Shown here in pieces: positions 1 to 11,301 of a DNA stretch of 64,000 bases. Each line of letters begins with the position of its first letter. Position 1 is the stretch's first letter. The position numbers were made by a program, and so were the translations under genes. The notes under the pieces were generated by a model. The model was not told the DNA's origin. It searched no databases and saw only the letters and a list, made by a program, of their open reading frames with translations. This DNA comes from Azolla caroliniana (lineage: Eukaryota > Plantae > Polypodiophyta), in the NCBI GenBank assembly GCA_043228905.1, contig JBHGNT010000005.1, positions 10,974,001 to 11,038,000 of the forward strand. Reading direction: 5' to 3'.

Positions 1-340
1 ACAAGGAAAGGGCTTACTTACACACATGACAGACAAAATTTCAAATGCCTTTGTGAAAAGAGAGGTGCATGGGCAAAGCCCGAACGCTCCCTTGTTACAA
101 GACACGCAAACACACAAACAAGGTTTACACACGAGAGACACAATTTTGAACGCCTTTGTGAAAGGAGAGGTGCATGGGCAAGCCCGAACGCTCCCTTGCC
201 ACAAGTCGCACAAACACACAAGCAAGATTTACACTAACATGCAAGACACGATTTCAAATGCCTTTGTGAAAGGAGAGGTGCATGGGCAAGCCCGAAACGC
301 TCCCTTGTCACAGGACAGACAAACAACTAAGCACAAATAA
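1..340. repeat. Tandem ~104-113 bp repeat array, same family as 3645-4425; probably part of a truncated LTR
   Basis: Recurring unit GCCTTTGTGAAAGGAGAGGTGCATGGGCAAGCCCGAACGCTCCCTTG. The array ends in ACAAAC...AAGCACAAAT, as the copy near 4420 does. Confidence 0.8.
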
Positions 341-1430
341 CCAAGGGCAACCTTCCCAGTTCTCGGAGGAAGAAGTGCTGACCTTCAAGGACATGTCCGC
401 TGAGTCCATGAGCTCAGCGTGGTCTTATAGCATGGCACAACGTACAAGCTAATCGACTTCCTCGCTCATCTTCAGGTGGCCGCAACAGCACGCATGGTCG
501 AGGAACATGCAGATCAACAGATGGTCCAATGGGCGCTCACCAACGAGCTTGAATCGGATGAGGAGCCATAGCTGCAGAAAATTGGCCGAAACCAGGTAAC
601 TAAAACCCCCCGTGCAAGAATTGAGCTATATGACCTCAATATGGCCTTGGTCGAAGTCTACTGAAAACTAGACAAGAGAACCCGCATAACTAAAGATATG
701 GCAGTCAGTAGTAAACATGCGCACAAACAGGCGAAGACGGCCACGGAACTATGGCAAGCTTTGGAAAGCCAAAGAGACGAGCTTGAGCAACAGCTGAATG
801 AAAACGGGCAAGAAAAATGCTCTAGCTCTTCTACCACTTGCTCCCAACCATGTGGATATGTTCACACAAATTGAAGACACAATCGAATCGGTGCCGACCA
901 CTGAAACGGCCAAGGTATCTCTGCCCAACTACGAAAAGGACCTCGCGGCCAAATCGATGATTGCCGAGAAATCAAAAGAGCGCTATGAAGCGGCCAAAGG
1001 AGAAGCCGATCAAATACGGGAGTAGGCAGCAAAATGGGAAGCTGAACTCCAAGAACGGCTTGACGCACAGACAGCCAAGCTTCGAGAAAGTAAAGAAAAT
1101 GTCACGATGGCTATTCAGGCAGCAAATGAGGCTTTTGCGGCGAAAATACATGACATTGAGGAAGGTTACTGACAGGCCATGGCCATTACAAATGACCAAC
1201 TCCTCAGTCTCCAAAACGAGCACACGGAACTCCAAGAGAGTTTCAGCCGGCAACTTGAAATCTTGGAAGAAGCGGTGTGGGACAAATATACATAGTCGGA
1301 GTCCCTCCACTAGCTACAAATATATGCGGCACAAGACCAGGAACGCGAGAAAGAACGATATCTCCAAGAGTTAGTCGCAAATTCGGATCCGCTCCTCCGA
1401 CACATTAAACTAGGCATTGTAGTACAAAAG
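341..1430 (+). pseudogene. Decayed coiled-coil ORF remnant of unknown (probably TE-accessory) origin
   Basis: E/Q/K/A-rich reading (ELWQALESQRDELEQQLNE; YEAAKGEADQIRE*AAKWEAELQERLDAQTAKLRE; ELQESFSRQLEILEE) broken by TAG/TGA stops and frameshifts. Confidence 0.45.
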
Positions 1431-1453
1431 AAATTATTTTCATTCATTTTTTC

Positions 1454-1521
1454 TGTAAAGAAATGAGGAGCAAGAGTGGTTGAGATGCAACAGAACGACT
1501 GTGTGTGTGTGTACATAAGGC

Positions 1522-1572
<51 letters not shown>

Positions 1573-3564
1573 AGACAGAGGTAAAAGATTGTATATTACA
1601 TTAACCAAAATACTTCCAACAATAATGAAGTTACAAGGAGTTGGTTCAAATACCAACTAAACTAGGGCAGGTGCCCTTTCTACTATTTACAAAACTAGCC
1701 TGGTATAACAATGAGCTAGTGTGAAACCTATTACTATTGGAAGTTGAGTTTGACTCTCAACACGCCCCTTTGAACACAATTTCCATCTGTCAAAAAATTG
1801 TTTTGGTTCGGTGTTAAATATCCGGCTTTCGGCGTTCGTAATCCTCGAACTAGATTGTTCGGCTTTTCGGCTTCGTGCTCGGTTCGATTCACTACATGTT
1901 GCGTACCCACGTATCGTTGCAGTACTCGATCAATTGCGTATAGATCGCAATACTCCCCCTCGAGCTCGGCAATGTGGATGTCGTGAGACCAAGGTCCGAT
2001 GCGAATTGCCCGAGCTTGTCAACTCCTAAGGCCTTCATAAAAATATCAGCAAGCTGGAGGTGTGTACTAATATGTTGTAGATCGATTTCTCCTTGAAGTG
2101 GAAGTGCACTTCGATACGTTTAGTCCGCGTGTGGAAGACGAGGTTCCGAGCGAGGTAGATGTTGCTCATGTTGTCGCAAAAGAGACAAATTGGATCCGTA
2201 ATGGGAATGCCCAAATCCTTCAGTATGCGCTTGAGCCATACAGCTTCGCAAGTGGCAATTGTCGCGCCCCTGTATTCGGCTTCCGTGCTCGACACTACGA
2301 CTGTCGGCTGCTCCAGGAGATCGCTCCGTGGCCAAGGGATCATTTATCTACTTTATAGCCCTCCCAGTCAACATCTGCGTATCCTTCAAGTTGAATGGTC
2401 GTATTTGACTTATACATAATGCCATAACCCATCGTAGTATTGACATACCAAAGTATCCTCTTAATGTAATCGAGATGAAGGTTTCATAGATTCTGCATGA
2501 ATTGGCTAAGTAGGTCGACCGAATAACTGAGATTGGCTCGCATAATGGTGAGATAGATTAAGCAGCCGATTAGTTGACGATACTGAGTTGACTCGCACAC
2601 GGCTGTGCCGGAATCGGCATCCACCTTGAGATTACGATCGAGAGGGGTAGACACAGGTTTGCATTCGGTCATTCCGAGCTTGTAGAGGAAGTTGAGAACG
2701 TAGTGCTGTTGAGATATAATTATTCCGACTGGTGTCCGAATTACTTCAATGCCTAGGGAGTAATGGAGCTCGTGTAGGTCTTTCATTTCGAATCTGCCAG
2801 AGAGAAGTGATTTGACTTTGTTAATCTCGGCGAGATCCTTTCCTCGGATGACCAAATCATCCACGTAAAGGATGATGACAATCGAGCTATCTGACTCGTT
2901 TCAGATTTACAGGGAGGTATCAGATTTTGACATTCGAAATCCGATCTGATGAAGATATTGCATGATTTTCGAGTGCCACGCACGGGGTGCTTGTTTGAGG
3001 CCGTATTGTGGCTTCTTGAAGCGGCATATGGCGTGCAGATGACTACACGATTTAAATTCGGGTGGTTGAATCATATATACTTCCTCTTCTAATTCTCCTT
3101 GGAGGAAGGCATTTTTCACGTCCATCTGGTGGAGATGCCACCCTTTTGTTGCTTCAAGAGCAATTACAGTACGCACGGTGGTCATTTCTGCCACCGAGGC
3201 AAAGGTCTCTTCGTAGTCTACGCCATGCGTTTGCGCATATCCTTTTGCAACGAGTTGTCCTTTGAAGTGATTTACGAACCATCGGTATTGTATTTCACTT
3301 TGTAAATCCATCGACAGCCAATCGCTTTCTTGTGCGGCGTGTGAGGGACAAGATCCCATGTCTCGTTTTTGCATAACGCTTCCATTTCCTCATGCATTGC
3401 ATCGACTCTTCGTGGATCCTTTACGGCTTCGGAAAGCGTCTCCGGCTCTCATCCTAACACTACCTTCATCATGATGGTGTAATGGTATGCCATATAATCG
3501 TTGGAACCGAAGCGGCTTACGAGGTTGTTTTCACGAGTGGATCAGCGGAGCTTCTCGTTTGCGG
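1454..3564 (-). mobile_element. 3' half of a degenerate Ty1/copia LTR retrotransposon (RT, RNase H, PPT, 3' LTR 1454-1762)
   Basis: ORF pieces LVAKGYAQTHGVDYEETF, HQMDVKNAFLQG, YGLKQAPRAW, SSTEAEY, FHTRTKRIEVHFHF. PPT AAAGGGGCG precedes TGTTGAGAG at 1762; the LTR ends TTTACA at 1454. Truncated at 3564 by another insertion. Confidence 0.9.
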
Positions 3565-4684
3565 TGTCATGAAAATCTGTCACTATGTGCGGATCGTGAG
3601 GCGGAACCGCCGGGGTTATGGACGGGAAGGAAATAGGGCTCACACCCACAACACAAGGAATGTTTACACAAACAAGGCACGAGTATTCGAATGTATTTGT
3701 GAAAAGGAGAGGTGCATGGGCAAGCTTGAATCAACCCCTGATCACAAGGTTAACGAATGCACGTGAGGAAGGCTCACACACGGACACACAAGGAAAAGGC
3801 TTACTTACACACATAAGAGACAGAGTTTCGAATGCCTTTGTGTAAAGAGAGGTGCATGGGCAAGCCCGAACGCTCCCTTGTTACAAGACACACGAACACA
3901 CAAGGAAAAGGCTTACTTACACACATGAGAGACAGAGTTTCGAATGCCTTTATGAAAAGAGAGGTGCATGGGCAAAGCCCGAAAGCTCCCTTGTTACAAG
4001 ACACGCGAACACACAAGGAAAAGGCTTACTTACACACATGAGAGACAGAGTTTCGAATGCCCGAATGCTCCCTTGCCACAAGTCGGACGAACACACAAGC
4101 AAGGTTTACACACTGGAGACACAATTTCGAACGCCTTTGTGAAAGGAGAGGTGCATGGGCAAGCCTGAACGCTCCCTTGCCACAAGTTGCACGAACACAC
4201 AAGCAAGGTTTACACACGGGAGACACAGTTTCAAACGCCTTTGTGAAAGGAGAGGTGCATAGGCAAGCCCAAATGCTCCCTTGCCACAAGTCGCACGAAC
4301 ACACAAGCAAGATTTACACTAACACTCAAGACATGATTTCGAACGCCTTTGTGAAAGGAGAGGTGGATGGGCAAGCCCGAAACACTCCCTTGTCACAAGA
4401 CACACAAACAAATAAGCACAAATGACGATAACAAATAAGCACAATCAAGATTTACACATAAGACAAGTAGATGAAAGAAAACATTAGTTTATATCAATAT
4501 AATAGATTCTTTTATAATATAAGAATCATGTTACAGTGGGTTGGATGCGAATATGAAGGATTGTTTATAAAGGAATCAGGGAAGAGAGGTGGAGTATAGA
4601 AGGAGTTTCTTTGTTGATGATGCCTCTCGATGTTGTTAATCCTTCTTCTTCCGCATTCCAATTGAGTAGAGAGAGATCTTATGG
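3565..4684 (-). mobile_element. Truncated TGTC-ended Gypsy-type LTR carrying the ~104-113 bp tandem array (3645-4425)
   Basis: Starts TGTCA at 3565. Shares GGAACCGCCGRGGTTWTGGAC with the end of solo LTR 47444. The other end is lost at the LINE junction. Confidence 0.6.
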
Positions 4685-6397
4685 ACAAGCTAGTTTTCGA
4701 ATACACCATAGCACCATTGATCATTTTGTCACTCTTCGAGTATTCATGGAGGAAAGTCGCCTTAGAGGTAAAGGTTTATATTGTTGCTTTGTAGACTTCA
4801 AGAAAGCTTTCAATATGGTACCTCGTGAGCCTCTTTGGAGGCATATGGAAGAACTTGAGGTGCCAAGTGAATACATGCTTGCAATTTCCCGAATATATGA
4901 GAAGGTTATATGTTGTGTGCGTATGAGAGATAGACTTTCAGATTTTTTCAATAGCACTATGGGTCTTAAGCAAGGATGCCCACTCTCACCAACATTATTT
5001 GGTCTATGCATTGATGAATTAGAAGAAATGGTTACCAAGTTTGTAAAGGAAGAATGTGTTGAAGAAGTTGCCATTGGGAATGTTGTGATTATGCTTTTGT
5101 TATATGCTAATGATGTAGTGCTTTTTGCAAATACTTTAGGAGATGCACAAAAGCTTATGAAGGCATTGGAAATTTTTTGCATGCATACTAGCTTAAGTGT
5201 CAATAGCTCTAAAACAAAGATTATGCTTGTGAAGAGTCAAAAAAGAGATAAACCATGCATTATGTACAACAATGAGCCCCTTGAATGTGTGGAAAGCTTC
5301 AAATATCTTGGCCTTGAAGTTCCTTCAAATCATAAATGAAATGAATGTGCTACACGCCCCTTAGAGGTGGGTAAGCGAGCATATTATGCATTTGAGAACA
5401 CATGCAATCTTGGAGATATTAAGTGTTGGGTCCTCAAGAAATATCTTTTTGACACTTTGGTGACCCCGGTTCTTCTCTATGGGGTGGAAGTATGGGGCGG
5501 TAGCATCCCTAAGTCTACGTGGAAAGAGTTTGAAAATGTCCAAAAACATTTTCTTACAAAGTTTCTACAAGTTAAGAAACAAACGCCCTACACCCTCCTC
5601 CTTGAGACGGGATCGCTTCCCATTGAGATCATGGCCATGGAAAGGGTTGTTGAATAAATGCTTAAGGTTCAAAAAAACCCGTCACATCGACTTCCTAGAA
5701 TTGCATGGGAAGCAAGCAAAAAAATCCAAAAGACGCATAAAAGCAAAATTTTGTGTTCCGGTTGGATGCAAGATTTAGAAAAATGGTTTGGTAGATGGGA
5801 TGCAAGACACTTGCTTCATGATGCGTCACTAGATTCCTCTGTAAATGAGGCCTTTTTGCAACGCCAATGTATCATGACATGGGACAAATGTGGTGGCTCA
5901 TGCTTCACACATTATACTACAAATGTTGCACCTAACTACAAAACCATATTCTTCACAGAACGGGGAAGCCGTACACATTGATACATGTTAGATCCCATCC
6001 CGATATCTGCCATTCGAACCATTGCTTTCATGTGACTTAGCTCGCACGCATTGAGATGTGAGACGGGGCGTTGGGGCACAAGTGATGAGAGTGGCCGACT
6101 ATGCATACTTTGCCCTAAACAAGTTCGAGAGTCTGTGTATCACACTTTGATACAATGCTCTGCCTTTGATCATATTCGACCATGCTTTTCACATCTCTTC
6201 GATCGAGCCCAATCCTTGCACGAATTTCTCTCACAACCACGATGTGCACTCTCAATTGCAACATTCATTGGTAAAGTTCTTGAACATCGAGAGTCGCTAC
6301 TCACCTTCACACGTATGACGTGAAATGTAATATTTTTGGTCTCATAGGTCATATTTGACCTCCGAAGACGATAATATAATCTATCTATCTATCTATC
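4685..6397 (+). mobile_element. 5'-truncated non-LTR retrotransposon (RTE/RTEX-like LINE), ORF2 RT plus C-terminal Cys/His domain, disrupted
   Basis: QASFR..HSTIDH, CFVDFKKAF, GLKQGCPLSPTLF, LLYANDVVL (YADD decayed), FKYLG, LRCETGRWG..CILC..HTLIQC; (ATCT)n tail ending at ~6397; internal stops. Confidence 0.9.
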
Positions 6398-8412
6398 TCC
6401 TTCTCTCCTAAGTTCCACATACTCCCTTCTTCGTAGTACTAATCCTTATCTCTAGTACCAATTCCCTCTCTGTCTTAGTACTATTCCTGACAACTTGAAC
6501 CGAATTTCCCTCATCTTCATATCTCTCATTCCCTTCATACAAATCTTCTTATCCTTCCTTCCTCCAATACTATGGCAACTGTTAGCGCTCAAGAATACCA
6601 ATCTGTCTTCTCGGAGTTGTTGTGCTTGAAAGAAAAGTTTATAGCACTAGAACAAGAAAATCAATAATTGTTGGGGGATCTTCAACAAATCTTTCTAGAG
6701 AAGCAACAAATGCAACAACAACATGGAGAGTTGGCGTTACGCGTGCAACAACTTTAAGCAACCATTGTGTCATTGCAACAACAGGCCCGACCAAGTACTC
6801 TAGGAATTCATAAAGAACGTGATCACAATTCAGAGGATTCCTTAATCAGGTACGTCTCGTGATTCAAATGTATCCTTTCTGATATCCCACCAATGCATCA
6901 TGAGTGGGACTAGTAGGCACGTTGCTTAGTAGCACAACTTTGGCATGGTTCGCTCCTTTGTTAGAACAAGGATCTCCATTGTTAAATAATTTTGAGGAAT
7001 TTATTAGCGAGTTTAAAGCTTGTTTTGGGGACACCAATAGAGTTAGGAAGACAATCAATAAAATCCGAAGATTGCGTCAAGGTGATCGTCCAACCTCAGT
7101 TTACGTTGCGGATTTCCGTCTACTCGCCATCGATATTCCTTAGGATGACCTAGCATTGATGGAGCAGTTTTGATATGGCCTATGAAATGATGTCAAAGAC
7201 TTACTCTTGACTTTCCCTGAAGAACCAAAGTCGCTCATAGAGGCAATCAGTTGAGCGGTATATTGCGATAACAAACTTTTCGAACGATGTTCGGAACGTC
7301 AGTTACAAATGCCAAGAACAAGGTCGGAGCCGACATACGCCTCAGTCGTAGCAAAACCATTTGCAAGGGAGTCATATAATGCATCTCCAACATATACTCC
7401 AACTCCGATAGAAATCGACAACACACATCATTGCAGACCATTATCGGAAGAGAAAAAGCAACGACTCCGAGCAAATAGACTATGTCTTTATTGCGGTGGA
7501 CCAAGGCATATTGCAGTGAACTGTCCTCATAGGCCAAGAAGACAAGTAAATCACATATTTGTTAGTACTAATAGTACTAAACCTAGGAGTGTTTGATAGT
7601 CCTAATAACCCAAGCCTATCAAACAAATTTGGAGTCCTTAGTCAACTAGAAGAAGAGTTAAACGACTAAGTCCAGCCAAAATAGGAGTCGTTTGGTTGGA
7701 CAACCCTAGATCTGTGCAACCCATTAGTGGTTCCATTCCCTCTAAGCAAGCTAGCAATAGCTCAAGTAACAATTAGTACTAAAAGTAACCCTCCAATACA
7801 TGTCTTAGCACTCTTAGATTCCGGAGCCAATTCTTGCTTCATGGATAAGAATTTTGCCCAAGCTCATCACATATCCCTAAGAAAACTCCCTTGCCCAGCT
7901 TTTGTAATAGTCATTGATGGACGCCCCATTGCTTCGGGAAATATCATAGAAGAGTCAAAGACGATTAGTGTTGTCCTAAATAATTTGGCGTGTGTGATAT
8001 CATTTAATATAATTAGTAGTCCAGAGCATCCAATTGTTTTGGGGTTACCATGGTTCGAATTACACAATTAGAACATAGATTGGAGAACAAGAGAAATCAA
8101 GTATCGACAATCTCAAGAATCATATCACAAGATTTCAACCATTTCGCTACATCAATTGCGTGAGGAATGACGCAAGGAATCAATGTTTGTATTCGCAGTA
8201 TCAGTGAAACCTTCCAACATTGCTAAGGAGGAGTCAACAATTCAACTTCCAAAGAAGTATCATCATTCCACCGACGTTTTTGATAAGGTAAAAGCTAGTA
8301 CTCTTCCTCACCATCGACCGTATGGTTGTTCCATTGATTTATAACCAGGAAAAGAGCCATCGTGGGGATCAATCTACAACTTGTCACCAACCGCGCTTGA
8401 AGTTCTTCGAGC
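6398..8412 (+). mobile_element. 5' part of a degenerate Ty3/gypsy element with sushi/PEG10/Tcn1-like gag and protease
   Basis: Probable LTR end TGACA at 6492. Gag FLNQVRL..LAWFAPLLE..LRQGDRP; CCHC knuckle CLYCGGPRHIAVNCP; protease ALLDSGANSCFMD..IVLGLPWF; start of the pre-RT region (LPHHRPY). Many stops. Confidence 0.85.
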
Positions 8413-8414
8413 CT

Positions 8415-11301
8415 AAGTTGGAAATTCGCAGCATTATGATATAATTGGTATCGGGATAGTAGAGCTTAACCTTCCGGGTGGCTCTACCTTAGTACTACAC
8501 AATGTCCCACATGTACTTGAGATCTCACGACTGCCGATCTCAGTCGGACAACTTCACAAAGACAGCATCCACGCCGACTTCTCATCAGGGGCATGGACAC
8601 TCCACAAGGGGAACCTCCTGCTTGCTCGAGGTGTGAAAGTGCATTCCTCGTACCCACTATATGTCACATTCAGAGAGTATAACTTGTTTCTCATCGATAT
8701 TCCTGTGTCATCATTATGGCATGGTCGACTCGAACACCTCAGCAAGGCTATGGGATACCGATTATGGGACCTTGAGCACAAACAAATCGTTTGAAGATTG
8801 GACGTAGTATTCAATGAGTCAGCTATGCATAAGACGGTCGAAAGGCCTATTGAAGTCAAAGGATAAATTTTTCCTAAGTGTCGGCGCTTCATGACGGCCT
8901 ATCCCATAACACTAGGTCGTCTTCACGGGTAACCGAATCGTCCATCACTAATTCAACATTGACAATGCTTCGGCTCCGGACCATCCAACCCAGACACCCG
9001 ATGCGACTAGTCCAATCATACCAAGAAGGTCCAAGCGACTGTCGCAACCTTTGGAGATATACTCTCTTTGAATCTTCTTCACAAACGCCTTCGAGCCGAT
9101 GTCACACAAAGAAGCATCGGCCTCAGCCGATTCTACCACATGGCATTTGCCGATGGAGTCAGAGATGAACTCCATTAGGAAAAACAAGAGTTGGAACTTG
9201 GTTAAATTACCGAAGAATCGACATGCTCTTTGCCAATATTCAAGGCCAGATTAGTGGTGAAAGGGTTTCAACAGGAATATGGCATCGACTTTGTCAAAAT
9301 CTTTTCACCAGTGCTGAAAATGACAACCCTTTGCTTTATGCTTAGCGTCATGGCAACCAAGGATTTGGAGCTGATCCAACTAGATGTCAAAACGAAATTC
9401 CTCCACAATGACCTAGAGGAGGAAATATATATGGAGTAGTTGAAAGGCTTTGTGGTATCTGGCCAAGAACATCTACTTTACCAACTCAGGAAGAGTCTAT
9501 ACGGCCTGAAGCAGGCAACCCGACAGTGGTACAATAAGTTTGATGATTTCATCCAATTGGCTATCTTCTCAAAGAGCGATGAGGACCACTATCTCTTCAC
9601 CAAAACAACTTGAGATTGGTCTCCCATCTTTCTCATCATTTACATGGACGACATGTTACTCTCCGGCTGACATTCTGGAGAGCTTGTGGAACTTGCCTCT
9701 AACACAAGGTGTCCTTTCGGATCACTTCACCGAAGGGTGGTTATGGTAAGGGATTCAACACTAACAACTATAACTGGTTATCTTCCGGTTCGGTATCCAG
9801 ATTCACAACACTCATCGATTACATGCGTAAGATCCATACATTGAGCGCAGAACAAAATAGAAACATAAAGATGAATATGATAACACTAACAAAACTCTCT
9901 TATATTAATATTTCCATCCCCTTAATACATTTTTACCCGAATCCTTTTATAGGCCTCCGGTTTTGTGTTACAAAATGGTGCCTAACCAGCAACCGGCTAC
10001 GAACCGGTCCGGATCTGGATCAGCATACCTTTTTAGGCCATTCCTATAATAATTCTTACTATTAATATTATTATCATATCCGAAACCGCCTCGTCCCTTT
10101 TCCTATTACATACTTTGGCCGCCACTAGCCAACACAGATTCATGCACAATCTTGGCCGAGCACATTGGAACGTAGTCAAGCATGTGTTCAGATATCTGGT
10201 GGGCACAAAAGACTATGACATCCTATTTGGCCAGAACGATACTTCAGTTGTGGTCATTTATACTGACTCGGACTTTGTCAGTTGTATGGACAGTCGAAAA
10301 TCGACAACCGGATATTGCTCTAAATTCGGCAATGGAGCATTCTCATGGAAGTCGAAATTTCAGGAGTGAAGTGCTATCTCAACGACCGAGGCCGAATATG
10401 TAGCGGCGTCTGACACGACGAAAGAGGCCTTATGGCTGAATCGGCATTTGACTCAACTTCAGTTGTCTATAGTGATAGTCAAGGTGTTGTCGCTCTGTCG
10501 AAAAATCCGGCTCAACACAACGCCTCGAAGCACATCGACATGAGATATCACATCATTTAGGACTGTGTCATTTCAGGGAAAATTGACCTCGAAAAGATAC
10601 CTATAACCGATAATGTCGCAGATGGGATGACCATGGCAAGTGTCTTTTGGCAGATCGATTCCAAGCCTTTCAACACCAGATGGGTGTAATGAAGAATCAA
10701 TTTGATTGAGTTGGACACTAAGGACAAGTTTCGGACATTTGACAATCGGCATAGTTGACTCGACTTCGAACACTCCGACTTAGATGTACTTTCAAACTGG
10801 TCGATTCAGCTTCAGCTCTTCCGACCTGAATATTTCTGATCTGGACAAGGCCGATCTGTTTGACAACCTTTGTATAAATATGTATTCCTCTGTTTACCCC
10901 TTTAGTACAAATTTTTGTTGTATACGCTCATTACGGAGGAGTTTCGAATATGGGAAATAATGGACGTATTCACACTGTCCTATTTGGACATATTAGGTTT
11001 TAGGCTACTTATGTAAATAGTGGAAAGGGAAAATTCCCTAAGTCAGTTGGTATTTAAACTGACTCTTGTAACCTAGTTGTAAGGTTGTTCATTTTGTACA
11101 TTGTGCCATAATTTGTAACTCTCTAAGAGAATAATATAGTTACATACTCTTGTGCCTACCTTGTTGTCTCTCTTCCCTTTGTTCCATTTTGTCTTATGAT
11201 TCAGTTGTCTTGTGTTATCAATCTGTTTCTTTGTATTCTTTGAAGATCTTCAACTCAAAGAGTGTTGAGATTGTTCCGCATGTTGACGACTACATTCAAC
11301 A
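8415..11301 (+). mobile_element. Degenerate, internally deleted Ty1/copia (protease end, RT, RNase H, probable 3' LTR ~10941-11301)
   Basis: LHNVPHV..ISVGQL, LWHGRL, KARLVVKGFQQEYGIDF, QLDVKT, HWNVVKHVFRYL, YTDSDF..RKSTTGY, SWKSK. The LTR-like block shares GTAAATAGT.GAAAGGG..AGTTGGTATTT with LTR 1454-1762. Confidence 0.8.
9710..10110 (-). mobile_element. LTR-like insertion inside the Copia RT, no TSD
   Basis: TG...CA bounded non-coding block with a reverse-strand TATAAAA near 9947-9951. It interrupts RT, and host sequence is missing at the junction. Confidence 0.5.
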
